Shown here: positions 9,654 to 18,821 of the stretch, piece by piece
Layout: each line of letters opens with the position of its first letter
Numbering within the stretch: the first letter of the stretch is position 1
IMG/VR virus record: IMGVR_UViG_3300023174_000037
Strand: one strand, 5' to 3'
Source: a virus
Taxonomy: Duplodnaviria > Caudoviricetes
Length of the DNA stretch: 64,000 bases
Program-made: the position numbers and the translations under genes
The notes under the pieces: generated by a model
What the model was told of the DNA's origin: nothing
What the model saw: the letters and a program-made list of their open reading frames with translations, nothing else
Databases searched by the model: none

Positions 9654-10439
9654 TTATTGTTCACAATTTTGAACAATAGCGTCCATTAATGGTTGTGGAA
9701 TATGAGCAGGTATGACAGCATTTACCCGCACAAACAAGTCGCCAGGCGCATTACCTTTTTGTCCAAGTCCACGTCCTTTTAATCTAAATGTGGTTTTGGC
9801 CTGTGTTCTTGGCGGAATGGTTAAAGTAAATTGATTGCCTAAAATATCTTGAATTAAGATGTCCTTGCCCAAAATAAGATCCCATACGCTTATCTCTTGA
9901 TCTACAGTTAAGTTAGGGCCTTGACGATGCCATTTGGGATTGGGATGAACTCTAAAGGTTATTACCAAATCTATTCCACCAGGTCCTACCCCAGCATACT
10001 GAACACTGTCACCGTCATCAATATTGGCAGGTATATCTATTTCTATAACTTGTGTACCTTGCGGAGTGCCTACACTGATAGTTTTACGACCAGCTATGGC
10101 TACATCTTGTAGGGTGATCCACAAGGTCATTTGTGCTCGATTTGCTCGTTGATGTGGGTGTTGAAATCTAGTGCCAAACACATCAAATATAGTTTGGAAA
10201 TCAAACCCTCCAGGACCGCCGTGTTGAAAACCAAACCCTGGTGGTGGTCGTGGATTGTTGTATTCAGCACGTTTTTGTTCGTTGCCTAGGGTGTCATATG
10301 CCTGTTGAATTTCTTGGAATTTGGCTTTGTTGCCACCTTTGTCAGGGTGGTGCTGACTTGCGAGCTTACGATAAGCCCTTTTAATTTGATCAGGAGTAGC
10401 GTTGCGGTCGACGCCAAGAGTTTGATAATAATCAGCCAT
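9654..10439 (-). CDS. dnaJ: DnaJ/CbpA-type co-chaperone (no Zn finger)
   Basis: DYYQTLGV...AYRKLASQHHPDKGG J-domain, G/F-rich region, C-terminal GDLFV. Confidence 0.9.
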   Translation of the reverse strand: MADYYQTLGVDRNATPDQIKRAYRKLASQHHPDKGGNKAKFQEIQQAYDTLGNEQKRAEYNNPRPPPGFGFQHGGPGGFDFQTIFDVFGTRFQHPHQRANRAQMTLWITLQDVAIAGRKTISVGTPQGTQVIEIDIPANIDDGDSVQYAGVGPGGIDLVITFRVHPNPKWHRQGPNLTVDQEISVWDLILGKDILIQDILGNQFTLTIPPRTQAKTTFRLKGRGLGQKGNAPGDLFVRVNAVIPAHIPQPLMDAIVQNCEQ

Positions 10440-10506
10440 GCATATTAATTATACTGTGTCTTGCCAACGAGATTAAATACTTGGTCTACACAAAAAGGAA
10501 TGCACA

Positions 10507-10743
10507 ATGACAATTGAAACTCACACTACCTGGGGCAGAGAATTTACTCCCGAAGAACTGGTACTTCTTGATAAGCGAAAAGCTAAATTACTCAGTGAAG
10601 GAGTAGTATTACATCCAATTATGGGCAATAGCGAAAATTTAATCCGAGAATGGGACACCATAGAGCTGGCCAATGGTTGGGTAGAATTTGCTAATTCACT
10701 GAATCCACCACCTGTAAAAGTAGAAGTTGTTGTAACTGAATAA
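10507..10743 (+). CDS. Hypothetical protein
   Basis: 78-aa ORF with SD AAGGA and late promoter TAAATA at 10474-10479 on the plus strand. Confidence 0.6.
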   Translation: MTIETHTTWGREFTPEELVLLDKRKAKLLSEGVVLHPIMGNSENLIREWDTIELANGWVEFANSLNPPPVKVEVVVTE

Positions 10744-10748
10744 TCTAA

Positions 10749-10937
10749 TTACTTTTTAGATTTTTCTGGAACTTTGGTTCCTTCTAGTTTCTTATGCACT
10801 TTGATGTCTTTGCACACTTCTTTTTTGGTCTTTTCGTCAGTTTTGCAAACACGTTTGGTTTCACCAGCAGCATTGGCAACTGTGATTAAGCTCGCAGCGA
10901 TAACCGTGGCCCAACAGATTTTGATTATTGCGTTCAT
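10749..10937 (-). CDS. Small secreted protein with signal peptide (MNAIIKICWATVIAASLITVANA...)
   Basis: Start re-assigned to ATG 10937; hydrophobic N-terminus with AxA site; basic tail with two Cys. Confidence 0.65.
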   Translation of the reverse strand: MNAIIKICWATVIAASLITVANAAGETKRVCKTDEKTKKEVCKDIKVHKKLEGTKVPEKSKK

Positions 10938-11053
10938 TTTCGATCCTTTATCAAGGCAGTGATCCGAGCCTGTATGGCACGAGCCCACGATGGTTGTGGA
11001 AAATTCCATCCTACAAATGCTCCTACTGCGATCCATAATATGATATCTAACAT
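10934..11053 (-). CDS. 39-aa membrane peptide (MLDIILWIAVGAFVGWNFPQP...)
   Basis: Hand-translated; SD AAGGAG; TGA overlaps the next ATG. Confidence 0.65.
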   Translation of the reverse strand: MLDIILWIAVGAFVGWNFPQPSWARAIQARITALIKDRK

Positions 11054-11064
11054 CGTGCTTCTCC

Positions 11065-11550
11065 TTAAATTTCAGGGTGTGGTGGTTGTACCGGTGCACC
11101 AAAGGCAGGTGCTGGTGTAGGCTTGGCCGCAGGTGCTCCAAAACTTGGAGCAGTGCTTACTGAGTTACCACCTAGCGGTGTGCCGCCAAAACTTGGTGCT
11201 GGTGTTGATACAGGCGCTGGGTTAACAAAACTTGGAGTCGGTGTAGGTGGTGCTATTCCACCGTTGTTGGCACCATTGAGTTTTTCCTGTGTGCGACCAT
11301 ATGCGGCAATACCTAGTATGGCACCCATGGCCATATGGAATAGGCCGGCACCTTGCAAGGTAATTGGACTCCATTGTGTTTCCACACGGCCTCCGCCTAT
11401 GACTTGTACCAGACTCCACAGCACTGGGAACAACACAAAGTCGGCCATGCAAACAAACATATACATCCACCCCATGGCTGGACGCCATTTTGAATTCATC
11501 CAGTCTTCGTTTTTCTTAGAACTTTCGCTTTTGACTTCTTCAGCGGGCAT
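11065..11550 (-). CDS. Holin (3TM, GTA-holin-like) with Pro-rich tail
   Basis: WMNSKWRPAMGW, hydrophobic segments, GAILGIAAYGRTQEK; lies in the lysis cassette. Confidence 0.75.
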   Translation of the reverse strand: MPAEEVKSESSKKNEDWMNSKWRPAMGWMYMFVCMADFVLFPVLWSLVQVIGGGRVETQWSPITLQGAGLFHMAMGAILGIAAYGRTQEKLNGANNGGIAPPTPTPSFVNPAPVSTPAPSFGGTPLGGNSVSTAPSFGAPAAKPTPAPAFGAPVQPPHPEI

Positions 11551-11592
11551 ATCAACTCCTTTTATTTTTATTATTATAATATGCTACTATTA

Positions 11593-11853
11593 TTACACTG
11601 CTGAGGCTATGGTAACCAAGGCAGTTATGGCTGTATTTAACCTTTGTTTGGTTTCAAATTGTGACATGTTTTCGGTGATTGTGATCTGACGCTGTAGGTC
11701 CCGCAACAGTTCTGCGTATTCAGATTGACTGATATTACCGGCCCGCAGTTCTTCACCGTAGGCATTGGTGGCAGTGGCCACCATCTGTGTGTTCTCATCA
11801 TCGGGATTGTTTAAGATGTGTAATACTTCTGCTTCCCATTGCGACCAACTCAT
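11593..11853 (-). CDS. Hypothetical protein in lysis cassette
   Basis: Start at ATG 11853 with SD AAGGAG; C-terminal hydrophobic helix. Confidence 0.6.
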   Translation of the reverse strand: MSWSQWEAEVLHILNNPDDENTQMVATATNAYGEELRAGNISQSEYAELLRDLQRQITITENMSQFETKQRLNTAITALVTIASAV

Positions 11854-11866
11854 AGTATTCTCCTTG

Positions 11867-12271
11867 TTATTTACGCGGTCGTCCTGCTGTGACACGTTGT
11901 ATAATTTCAGCACCGTTCTCGATATTGTTGTATTTTAATCGACAAAACATTGAGCTTACAGGACCTTTGACGTAGGCTGTGTTGAGTCCTTGAGCAATTT
12001 CATTGAGAGCTTGTGCAGACTTAAAACCATTGGTGTTACGAGGAATCTGCTCTTGATATTTTTCATACAGTTCTGTGCGGTTGGCTATAGCCTGTGCGTT
12101 TGCAGGCGCCAGGACGGGATTATCGCATTGACGTCGATATTGTATAGCTGTTGTGCGTATTTCTGTAATCTGCAAGTATTCGTTGGCATCGTAAGGTGCC
12201 ATCATGTAGGCATCCCATACAGCACAACTGGTCAAGGAAAGTGCAATTGCGGCCAAAAATATTCGTTTCAT
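11867..12271 (-). CDS. Lipoprotein in lysis cassette
   Basis: MKRIFLAAIALSLTSC lipobox. Confidence 0.7.
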   Translation of the reverse strand: MKRIFLAAIALSLTSCAVWDAYMMAPYDANEYLQITEIRTTAIQYRRQCDNPVLAPANAQAIANRTELYEKYQEQIPRNTNGFKSAQALNEIAQGLNTAYVKGPVSSMFCRLKYNNIENGAEIIQRVTAGRPRK

Positions 12272-12882
12272 TTTCCAATGCTTTCGTAGATCTTGCGTTG
12301 GTTGTTATACCACTGCTGCCAGGCCTTTAGTTTTTCTGCGTTTTCGTGGCAGGCACCGTAGTTTTCAATGACTCGGTCGAGGAGACGACTGGCTTCAACT
12401 CCACTGGGGGTTCCATCAGTTGCGGCGGCACGCTGGGGAACTTCATTACGACTGGCACTGTCGTGCAGGCTGACAGTAGACTGAGGCAAACTGCACTGAG
12501 CATCCAGTTGCTGGCCCGCCACTTCTTTGATGATTTCTCTTGTGATGTAAACATTTTCTTTGACCACCTTTACTTTTTCAATTATTTTGGTTTCAATCAC
12601 AGTGTTGACCTGCTGTGATTTTTCTTCTGCAATTTGGATTTGTTGCTTCATTTCAGCTATTTGGTCTCTGTAGTTGATACCACCGTAGAAATAAGCAGCA
12701 ATGATCAGGGCCACAACACCTGCTAATTCTGCAGGCAAACGATACTGGCCCATGAGTGGAATCCAACTGACCAATTTGCTGGCCACATACAGTATCACAC
12801 CTGCCGCAAACAATAGATATGTAATCCAAACAAAAATACTGTCAGGGATTAACTGCAATATCCATTGTAGTTGCCACATCAA
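12268..12882 (-). CDS. Rz-like inner-membrane spanin
   Basis: N-terminal TM segments then coiled coil; directly follows the endolysin; contains an embedded lipoprotein ORF. Confidence 0.65.
   Translation of the reverse strand: MMWQLQWILQLIPDSIFVWITYLLFAAGVILYVASKLVSWIPLMGQYRLPAELAGVVALIIAAYFYGGINYRDQIAEMKQQIQIAEEKSQQVNTVIETKIIEKVKVVKENVYITREIIKEVAGQQLDAQCSLPQSTVSLHDSASRNEVPQRAAATDGTPSGVEASRLLDRVIENYGACHENAEKLKAWQQWYNNQRKIYESIGK
12327..12554 (-). CDS. Rz1-like outer-membrane spanin embedded in another frame (probable start ATG 12503)
   Basis: LSLLSAC lipobox followed by Pro-rich TTVPVVMKFPSVPPQLMEPP; fully nested in the Rz-like gene. Confidence 0.65.
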   Translation of the reverse strand: MFTSQEKSSKKWRASNWMLSAVCLSLLSACTTVPVVMKFPSVPPQLMEPPVELKPVVSSTESLKTTVPATKTQKN

Positions 12883-13505
12883 TCAGCACCTAACACATGC
12901 TTGGCATGCTCATAGTGTTTTTTACGATCTTCAAGACCAATTGTACCACCGTTGATACGTTTTGTCATGGTAAGAATATCATCCTTGTCGGCCCACTGAT
13001 TGAGATTATTGGTTTCCCAGAACCAGCAAGCACCTTGTACCGCGCCTTCAAAAGTTTCTAGATAAGCTGGAACTTGCTCCACCGGAGTTTCTATGCTGTC
13101 AGCAAAGTTTGAATAGTTGCTTTTGCCTGTGAGCTGTATGAGTCCACGACCACAGTAGCGATAGCCATCGCCTGACGCTTCGTCTCCGTTGCCCATTCTA
13201 TTAGCATATATTCTGTTGGCAATGGCTTCGGCTTTGTTGGGCAAACTGGCATACTGGTTGGCCAACTCATCTGTAGGAAAATACTTAGGGAATATTTTTC
13301 TTAGACTGGCCGCACGGTAGTTTAAGTTTTCTTTGAGGAACACAAAGTTTCCGCTTTCGTGGGCGCACTGTGCTATAAAAGCAGCCACACGTGGCGGTGT
13401 GTCAATACCGTAGTCGGATAACAATTGGTTTAAAGCATTGGTCCATTGCTCTACATAAGGATTGTTGCCGATACAGGCGCCGAGTTGTTGTTGGGTAATT
13501 TGCAT
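12879..13505 (-). CDS. Endolysin, glycoside hydrolase family 19
   Basis: AAFIAQCAHESG, ENLNY, YRYCGRGLIQLTGKSNY, MTKRINGGTIGLEDR. Confidence 0.92.
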   Translation of the reverse strand: MQITQQQLGACIGNNPYVEQWTNALNQLLSDYGIDTPPRVAAFIAQCAHESGNFVFLKENLNYRAASLRKIFPKYFPTDELANQYASLPNKAEAIANRIYANRMGNGDEASGDGYRYCGRGLIQLTGKSNYSNFADSIETPVEQVPAYLETFEGAVQGACWFWETNNLNQWADKDDILTMTKRINGGTIGLEDRKKHYEHAKHVLGAD

Positions 13506-13534
13506 AATATTAATACCTTGTTAGATACTAATAT

Positions 13535-13741
13535 TTAGCTGTTTTTACCCCATTTAACTCTGGTCCATGCTCGTTCGTGTAACCAATAAAGCACAGTATT
13601 AATACACATTTGTATCACGGCAATAAACGAGCTGACACCAAAACTGCCAGTTACCAAATAAGCAATAGTAAATGTGCTGGCACTGCCGGTAATGCGCCAG
13701 GTAAGAGTTTTTGCCAGACTGCGCTTATTACTGTCAATCAT
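13535..13741 (-). CDS. DUF2061-like small membrane protein
   Basis: RSLAKTLTWR...LYWLHERAW. Confidence 0.75.
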   Translation of the reverse strand: MIDSNKRSLAKTLTWRITGSASTFTIAYLVTGSFGVSSFIAVIQMCINTVLYWLHERAWTRVKWGKNS

Positions 13742-14598
13742 TTTAATCCTAATTCTTTACGAATTTTTGTAGCCGAAATGTCTGTGATAGCTTCATCAAA
13801 CGTTTCTTCTGCATGGGTATATCCTACTCCGCGACCCCAGCCGATGTGAACAATGTTAGGAACCACTTGTATTTCATATTGTCCTTGATAGATAGGATCT
13901 AAATCACGTCGAATAAATGCTTTGACACGTTCTACTTCAAATGGGTTACTACCTTGCCAGCCCTGAACATCGCGTATTTGAATAACCACTTGTCCTGTAC
14001 GGGCAATCAAGCGGTCAAACAGCGCACGATGACCTTCGTGCCATGGCTGCCAACGACCCAACATCTGCACAGTTTCTTTTTTCCAATCAAATGTAGGACG
14101 ACGACGATTTTCAATAATGTGATTACCAATGAACTCAGCCCACTTTTCTGCATTTTGTTCTGTGACACGGAAGTCATATACGTCAGGCTCAACAAAAGCT
14201 GCGTTAGTATCAGCGTAGCGACCTTCACGGATAGTGTCTACCCAGATAGTCCAATCGGCTTTGAAGTTGTTACGCATTTCAACCAATGGAGCAACAAAAT
14301 CACAAATTACAAATTCACCTGGCGACTCTAATGCAAATTGCAACATACGTATACTTTGGCGAATACGACCTTCTTTGCTAAAATCCCAGTCATTGAATTT
14401 TCTACGAACATCGTCGGCATTGAACCAATCCACACCTATCTTCATAAAATTAGGACCTGGAATTCCTTCGTAATTTAACATTCGCTGAGGATTGATTTTT
14501 TCTAAATCACCGTGATCTTCTAAATACCGTTTAAGTGCGGCGGCCAAAGTTGTTTTGCCTGAGCCAGGCAATCCCATGATTAAAATACGTTGTGCCAT
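13738..14598 (-). CDS. Adenylylsulfate-kinase-like P-loop domain fused to a cytidylyltransferase-like domain
   Basis: GLPGSGKTT, NADDVR, DFVAP; C-terminal LGRWQPWHEGH and ISATKIR. Confidence 0.75.
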   Translation of the reverse strand: MAQRILIMGLPGSGKTTLAAALKRYLEDHGDLEKINPQRMLNYEGIPGPNFMKIGVDWFNADDVRRKFNDWDFSKEGRIRQSIRMLQFALESPGEFVICDFVAPLVEMRNNFKADWTIWVDTIREGRYADTNAAFVEPDVYDFRVTEQNAEKWAEFIGNHIIENRRRPTFDWKKETVQMLGRWQPWHEGHRALFDRLIARTGQVVIQIRDVQGWQGSNPFEVERVKAFIRRDLDPIYQGQYEIQVVPNIVHIGWGRGVGYTHAEETFDEAITDISATKIRKELGLK

Positions 14599-14643
14599 TG
14601 TTGTTTCCTTTAAATGTGCTGTAAAATACTTAGTGACCTATAA

Positions 14644-15330
14644 TTAGTGATGTAATATTTCTTCATTAAACCGTTTAATCATATAATCACCTGCGCCCAG
14701 GTGTGCCGCTTCCAATGGATGCCCGCCCGGTCCAATTGGGTATCCATTGGCTTTGGCCCATTCCAAAAAACTTTTCCCGTCAAAGTTGGTTATAAAAGGT
14801 CGTATGTAAGACTGTAGGTCTAGTATAGCTGGAGAAACATGCCAACGTTGATCAAACAATAGTTCATCCAAATTGGTCATAACAAAAGGTATACTACGCT
14901 GTCTTAGAGTATCAATGGCCAATTTTATACTGGTTAAACTTACTAACTTGTCGCGAAATTCTGAGTGTAACTTTCGATAGTATACTTGAGCAACAGGGTC
15001 TTGATCTACAGGTAGTATAGTATTCCAAGGATCAACTGTGGAATCACCGTGATTGTCAACATAATAGTCAAAACGTTCAATCCAAGTCCACCCCACAACA
15101 AACACGTCTGAACTGTCGCTGTTGGCCGCTTGATCTAAAACACGAGATAAGATTTGTAAATTGCCAGACCCACCGTGTGAAAAACAAAGGTATGAGCGGC
15201 CGAGATGTTGAGCTAGATGTGCTGGCCACGTCAATTTACTTGGCATATCTCTTGTACCAACAAATGTTTGATCGGGTAATTCTGTTCCGTGAATGAAACT
15301 ACAGCCAAAACTTTTTAATCGCATAGGCAA
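14644..15330 (-). CDS. SGNH-hydrolase-like protein
   Basis: FGCSFIHG, TWP, GGSGN, GHPLEAAH. Confidence 0.5.
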   Translation of the reverse strand: MPMRLKSFGCSFIHGTELPDQTFVGTRDMPSKLTWPAHLAQHLGRSYLCFSHGGSGNLQILSRVLDQAANSDSSDVFVVGWTWIERFDYYVDNHGDSTVDPWNTILPVDQDPVAQVYYRKLHSEFRDKLVSLTSIKLAIDTLRQRSIPFVMTNLDELLFDQRWHVSPAILDLQSYIRPFITNFDGKSFLEWAKANGYPIGPGGHPLEAAHLGAGDYMIKRFNEEILHH

Positions 15331-15363
15331 TTATATACCTAGTTTATGATACCACTATGATTT

Positions 15364-15957
15364 TTAAAGTATGCCAGCGGCTGATTGGATGGCTTGTAGT
15401 GCTCGATCTCTTTTGTCGTAGTTGCTGACCACAGGCATGCCAGCAGCAATACGCACTTCGTTTAGATCTTTTTCAGAACGTTCGCGATAGGCTCTTGGAC
15501 TTAACGGAACTAGTTTGTCAAACTCATCTCGACTAAACGGAGCTTCTTTGCCTTTGTAGTGCATAGTCCAATCCGAGCTGTCAGCAAATTCAGTCAGTGT
15601 GTTTAGGTCGTTTAACAACTGTTCTACATTACCACCGGCATTGCTACGACGGCGAATTTCTACATAGACTAGGTAACGATTGGGTTTGATTTCTCCGGGA
15701 CTACGATCAGCATCCAACACAAAGTCGTAACCTTTTTCAAACCAGTTCATTAGGTCTTTGGCGGCCTGAGCATCACGCACAAAAAAGCTGATAACGATAA
15801 CGTCATCATCGTCGCCCATTTTAGAGCTGAATTCATCCACATGAACCGTGGGCTTCATCATGCCCTCAAGGTCTTTAAACCCTAGGCTTTCAGAAAGCAG
15901 GTTGAGGTTGTTGAGGTTGTTGGAGTTGTTGTTGTGCATTATCGGCCTGTGAGTCAC
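15364..15957 (-). CDS. Conserved jumbo-phage hypothetical protein
   Basis: 197-aa ORF (IDEF-like VDEFSSKMG...YLVYVEIRRR); start uncertain inside a CAA repeat. Confidence 0.65.
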   Translation of the reverse strand: MTHRPIMHNNNSNNLNNLNLLSESLGFKDLEGMMKPTVHVDEFSSKMGDDDDVIVISFFVRDAQAAKDLMNWFEKGYDFVLDADRSPGEIKPNRYLVYVEIRRRSNAGGNVEQLLNDLNTLTEFADSSDWTMHYKGKEAPFSRDEFDKLVPLSPRAYRERSEKDLNEVRIAAGMPVVSNYDKRDRALQAIQSAAGIL

Positions 15958-16486
15958 TTTGATAACTTTCTTGGTCTAGATCCTGCTCGTAAGCATCATC
16001 TAGGTCTGCTAGATCAATATCTTGATCTTCTAATTCTACTGAGCCTGTGCGGATATCGCTCATCAAGGCTTTGGGCATGGATATTTCTACCAACCATACG
16101 GGTTTTTCTGTTATGCGAGCTTTGTGGGTGCCCGGGCGATAATCACTAGGATCTTCAATCTTGACCGGCACTTTCATTTGTGTTTTTTTGTATTTGACCA
16201 CACAATCAAACGGCAATAGTCTACATCCGCCACGTGGGTCTGGCATGAGTTTTTCGGGCCACATAAAAATACAAGCGACACGGTATTTGCTGATAGTTGG
16301 GCCTTGGACAAGTTCGCCAATTTGCCAGTTTTTAAAAGCATACAAATCCAGCTCATCCAGCACACGTTCAAAATCCAGCAAGGTCAACAAGCTACCTTCA
16401 CTGAGATAGATGTCCTGAATATTTTGGGCTATTTGCCAATAGTCAGCACCGTCTTTGAATATTTCTTGATCAATGGTTTTGCTCAT
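15890..16486 (-). CDS. Conserved jumbo-phage hypothetical protein with acidic, Gln-rich tail
   Basis: LLDFERVLDELDLYAFKNW...MPDPRGG; TAAATA 5 nt upstream of ATG. Confidence 0.7.
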   Translation of the reverse strand: MSKTIDQEIFKDGADYWQIAQNIQDIYLSEGSLLTLLDFERVLDELDLYAFKNWQIGELVQGPTISKYRVACIFMWPEKLMPDPRGGCRLLPFDCVVKYKKTQMKVPVKIEDPSDYRPGTHKARITEKPVWLVEISMPKALMSDIRTGSVELEDQDIDLADLDDAYEQDLDQESYQSDSQADNAQQQLQQPQQPQPAF

Positions 16487-16664
16487 ACGATTATTTATGG
16501 TGATTTCGATCTAAGCGGAAAGTTCGAATATCTGGAGTATAGCCTAATACTTATGACATTTTAGAATCATTTACTACCCACACTAAACTTTGAGATCTAT
16601 ACCCGTAAATACTTGGACAGCAAAAGGTGCTGTCAGAAGTAACTCAACTACAATGGAGTATAAA

Positions 16665-17402
16665 TTGAGTAGACAAAGAGCAGCAAAATCACAAAAACGT
16701 CATGACATGACACATCAAGAAAATACAATCCGCTTCGATCAAGTAAAACCAGTAAAACAAAGGCCTATTGATATTGTGCCCCGCACAAGAAATCAAGAAC
16801 GTTTGGTGCTGGCTTTGCAAGATGCAGATCAGCATATTGTGATTACAGCAGGGCCAGCAGGAACCGGGAAAACATATTTGGCCATGCTTGCGGCAGTGAA
16901 GGCATTTAGAGAAGGTGATGTTGATCGCATAGTATTAACGCGACCAGCAGTGGGAGTAGAAGATGAAAAGCACGGGTTCTTGCCCGGTGACTTGAATCAA
17001 AAAATGGATCCATGGGTTCGCCCATTGACCGACATACTTCGTGAGTATTATCGTCAGCCTGATATTCAGGCTATGATGGATGATCAACGAATTGAAATAG
17101 CGCCGTTGGCATTCATGCGCGGCCGGACTTTTAAAAGTGCGTATATTATTGCGGACGAGATGCAGAACGCAACTCCAAACCAATGTAAAATGCTGATGAC
17201 CCGTATCGGCGATGGCTCAAAAATAGTAATCACGGGCGACGTAGAACAAGCGGATCGAAACCGCGGCAATAATGGTTTGTTAGACCTGTGCCAAAGACTC
17301 GGGGAAGGGGGTGTAAAAGGTATAGCTGTATGTAGTCTTGACAATCAAGACATACAGCGGCATAGGATCATTGATTCTGTGCTACGACTTTACACCGACT
17401 AG
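16665..17402 (+). CDS. phoH: PhoH-like ATPase
   Basis: GPAGTGKT, GFLPG, IEIAPLAFMRGRTF, IIADEMQN, ITGDVEQ; start re-assigned to TTG 16665 after SD GGAG; late promoter TAAATA at 16606-16611. Confidence 0.95.
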   Translation: MSRQRAAKSQKRHDMTHQENTIRFDQVKPVKQRPIDIVPRTRNQERLVLALQDADQHIVITAGPAGTGKTYLAMLAAVKAFREGDVDRIVLTRPAVGVEDEKHGFLPGDLNQKMDPWVRPLTDILREYYRQPDIQAMMDDQRIEIAPLAFMRGRTFKSAYIIADEMQNATPNQCKMLMTRIGDGSKIVITGDVEQADRNRGNNGLLDLCQRLGEGGVKGIAVCSLDNQDIQRHRIIDSVLRLYTD

Positions 17403-18139
17403 TCTGTCATTGGCTCATCGAGTATGGTTTTTATTCGATGAGCCAATGTTTTATATGTATCCGCACCAGGATGAATTAGATCTCTAGCATTACCAAATGG
17501 AAACGGCCTAGTATCAATTTGATTTCTGTCTAATATAACCGATTCAATCCCCAAAGTTTGACACAAATATTTAAATGCCAAAGTATTTTTTCGCAGATTC
17601 AACTGTTGATTGGTCACAGAAGTAAACCAAGTTTTAATAAAATAATCGTTGGCACACGGGTTTTTAGTATCCGTGGTTATGATATTCAAACTCAGTGGAA
17701 CTGCATCGTCTAGCAATTCAATCCTGTGCATGTCAGTTTGTAACCATACAGCATAGCGAGGTCGTAGCAGTGGCAAATAATGTAAAGCAAATCTAACCGC
17801 TGTGTCGTTACTACTGCCAGCATGACCAAGATTGGCTGTGGTCAATCCGGTGATAGCAGCAAGTTGTTCTGGCCAAGTATCTTGACTATGGACTCCGGTA
17901 CCCATAGTAAAACTACAGCCAAAACACACTATATCAAATGCTTGATCAAACTCTTGAGTTCTAAATCCATGACTATTGTATCTGTAATCTATTTGAGTGT
18001 TTAAAAACCCAAGGTCACTTAACCGTTGACGTGCTTCGGGGTTTTCTATATTTTTTAAATACCAGGGCTGATTATCAGAGGTATCCCAATGTAATGTTCG
18101 ATTTGCCAGACGCGAATAATTGTGTATGATTGTGTTCAT
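17399..18139 (-). CDS. SGNH-hydrolase-like protein
   Basis: YNSHGFRT, FGCSFTMG, TWP, NLGHAGSSND, DLIHPG. Confidence 0.5.
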   Translation of the reverse strand: MNTIIHNYSRLANRTLHWDTSDNQPWYLKNIENPEARQRLSDLGFLNTQIDYRYNSHGFRTQEFDQAFDIVCFGCSFTMGTGVHSQDTWPEQLAAITGLTTANLGHAGSSNDTAVRFALHYLPLLRPRYAVWLQTDMHRIELLDDAVPLSLNIITTDTKNPCANDYFIKTWFTSVTNQQLNLRKNTLAFKYLCQTLGIESVILDRNQIDTRPFPFGNARDLIHPGADTYKTLAHRIKTILDEPMTD

Positions 18140-18738
18140 CCAGTGACTATCTCGTAGATGTGTTTCCAGTTTTTAACAAGAGTAATGCCTTCATGGTAAT
18201 GATGCATGTTGTGTCCGTGCTCTAGCAGTAACGGATTCAGGCCATAGTTATAACCACATTCGGCATTTTCTGGTTTGTCTTCGATCCAGATAAGTCCAGT
18301 GCCTTCATATTCTTCCAGGGCTTCATGTTTGTCAGCACCGGTATCAAGGCAAACAATACGTTCAAAAGTATGCTCACCAAACAACTTGCTAAGATTCATT
18401 TCACGAAGTCGTTGTGCATTTTCATCCCGGCTCAGACTTGTAATGCAATGAAATACATAACCATGTTCTTCTACTAGCCGTTTAACATAATACATGGCAT
18501 CTCTCAAGGCCGGTAAGAATCCGATTGCAGCACTTTCATTAAAGATGCGTATGAGTTTTGTTACCTGATCTTTTGGAATACCGTAACGTACCGCCATGTC
18601 ATAGTTTAATTTACTGCCTGGTACTTCTTCAAAGCCGTGCTCTTGCATCCAAACATTGAATGCCCATTCCCAATCTAACAAACAGCCATCGGCGTCAGTT
18701 AAAATGAGTTTTTTTCTGTTTCTATATTTTGATTTCAT
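18136..18738 (-). CDS. HAD-superfamily 5'-nucleotidase-like phosphatase
   Basis: LTDADGCL (DxD), CITS, IWIEDKPEN. Confidence 0.8.
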   Translation of the reverse strand: MKSKYRNRKKLILTDADGCLLDWEWAFNVWMQEHGFEEVPGSKLNYDMAVRYGIPKDQVTKLIRIFNESAAIGFLPALRDAMYYVKRLVEEHGYVFHCITSLSRDENAQRLREMNLSKLFGEHTFERIVCLDTGADKHEALEEYEGTGLIWIEDKPENAECGYNYGLNPLLLEHGHNMHHYHEGITLVKNWKHIYEIVTG

Positions 18739-18743
18739 ACTGT

Positions 18744-18773
18744 ATTATACTACAAAATGTATTTTTTGGTCAA
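18744..18773 (-). promoter_or_regulatory. sigma70-type promoter, leaderless into 18738
   Basis: TTGACC-N18-TATAAT-N5-ATG. Confidence 0.7.
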
Positions 18774-18821
18774 CCGACCTATATTTAACAGTGCAAGTGG
18801 ATATTCTCTTAAATATAGCTA

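Noticed and set aside
10938-11141. N-terminal extension of track ORF 10749..11141
   Set aside because: The region is better explained by the holin 3' end and a 39-aa ORF with a strong SD; the real start is ATG 10937.
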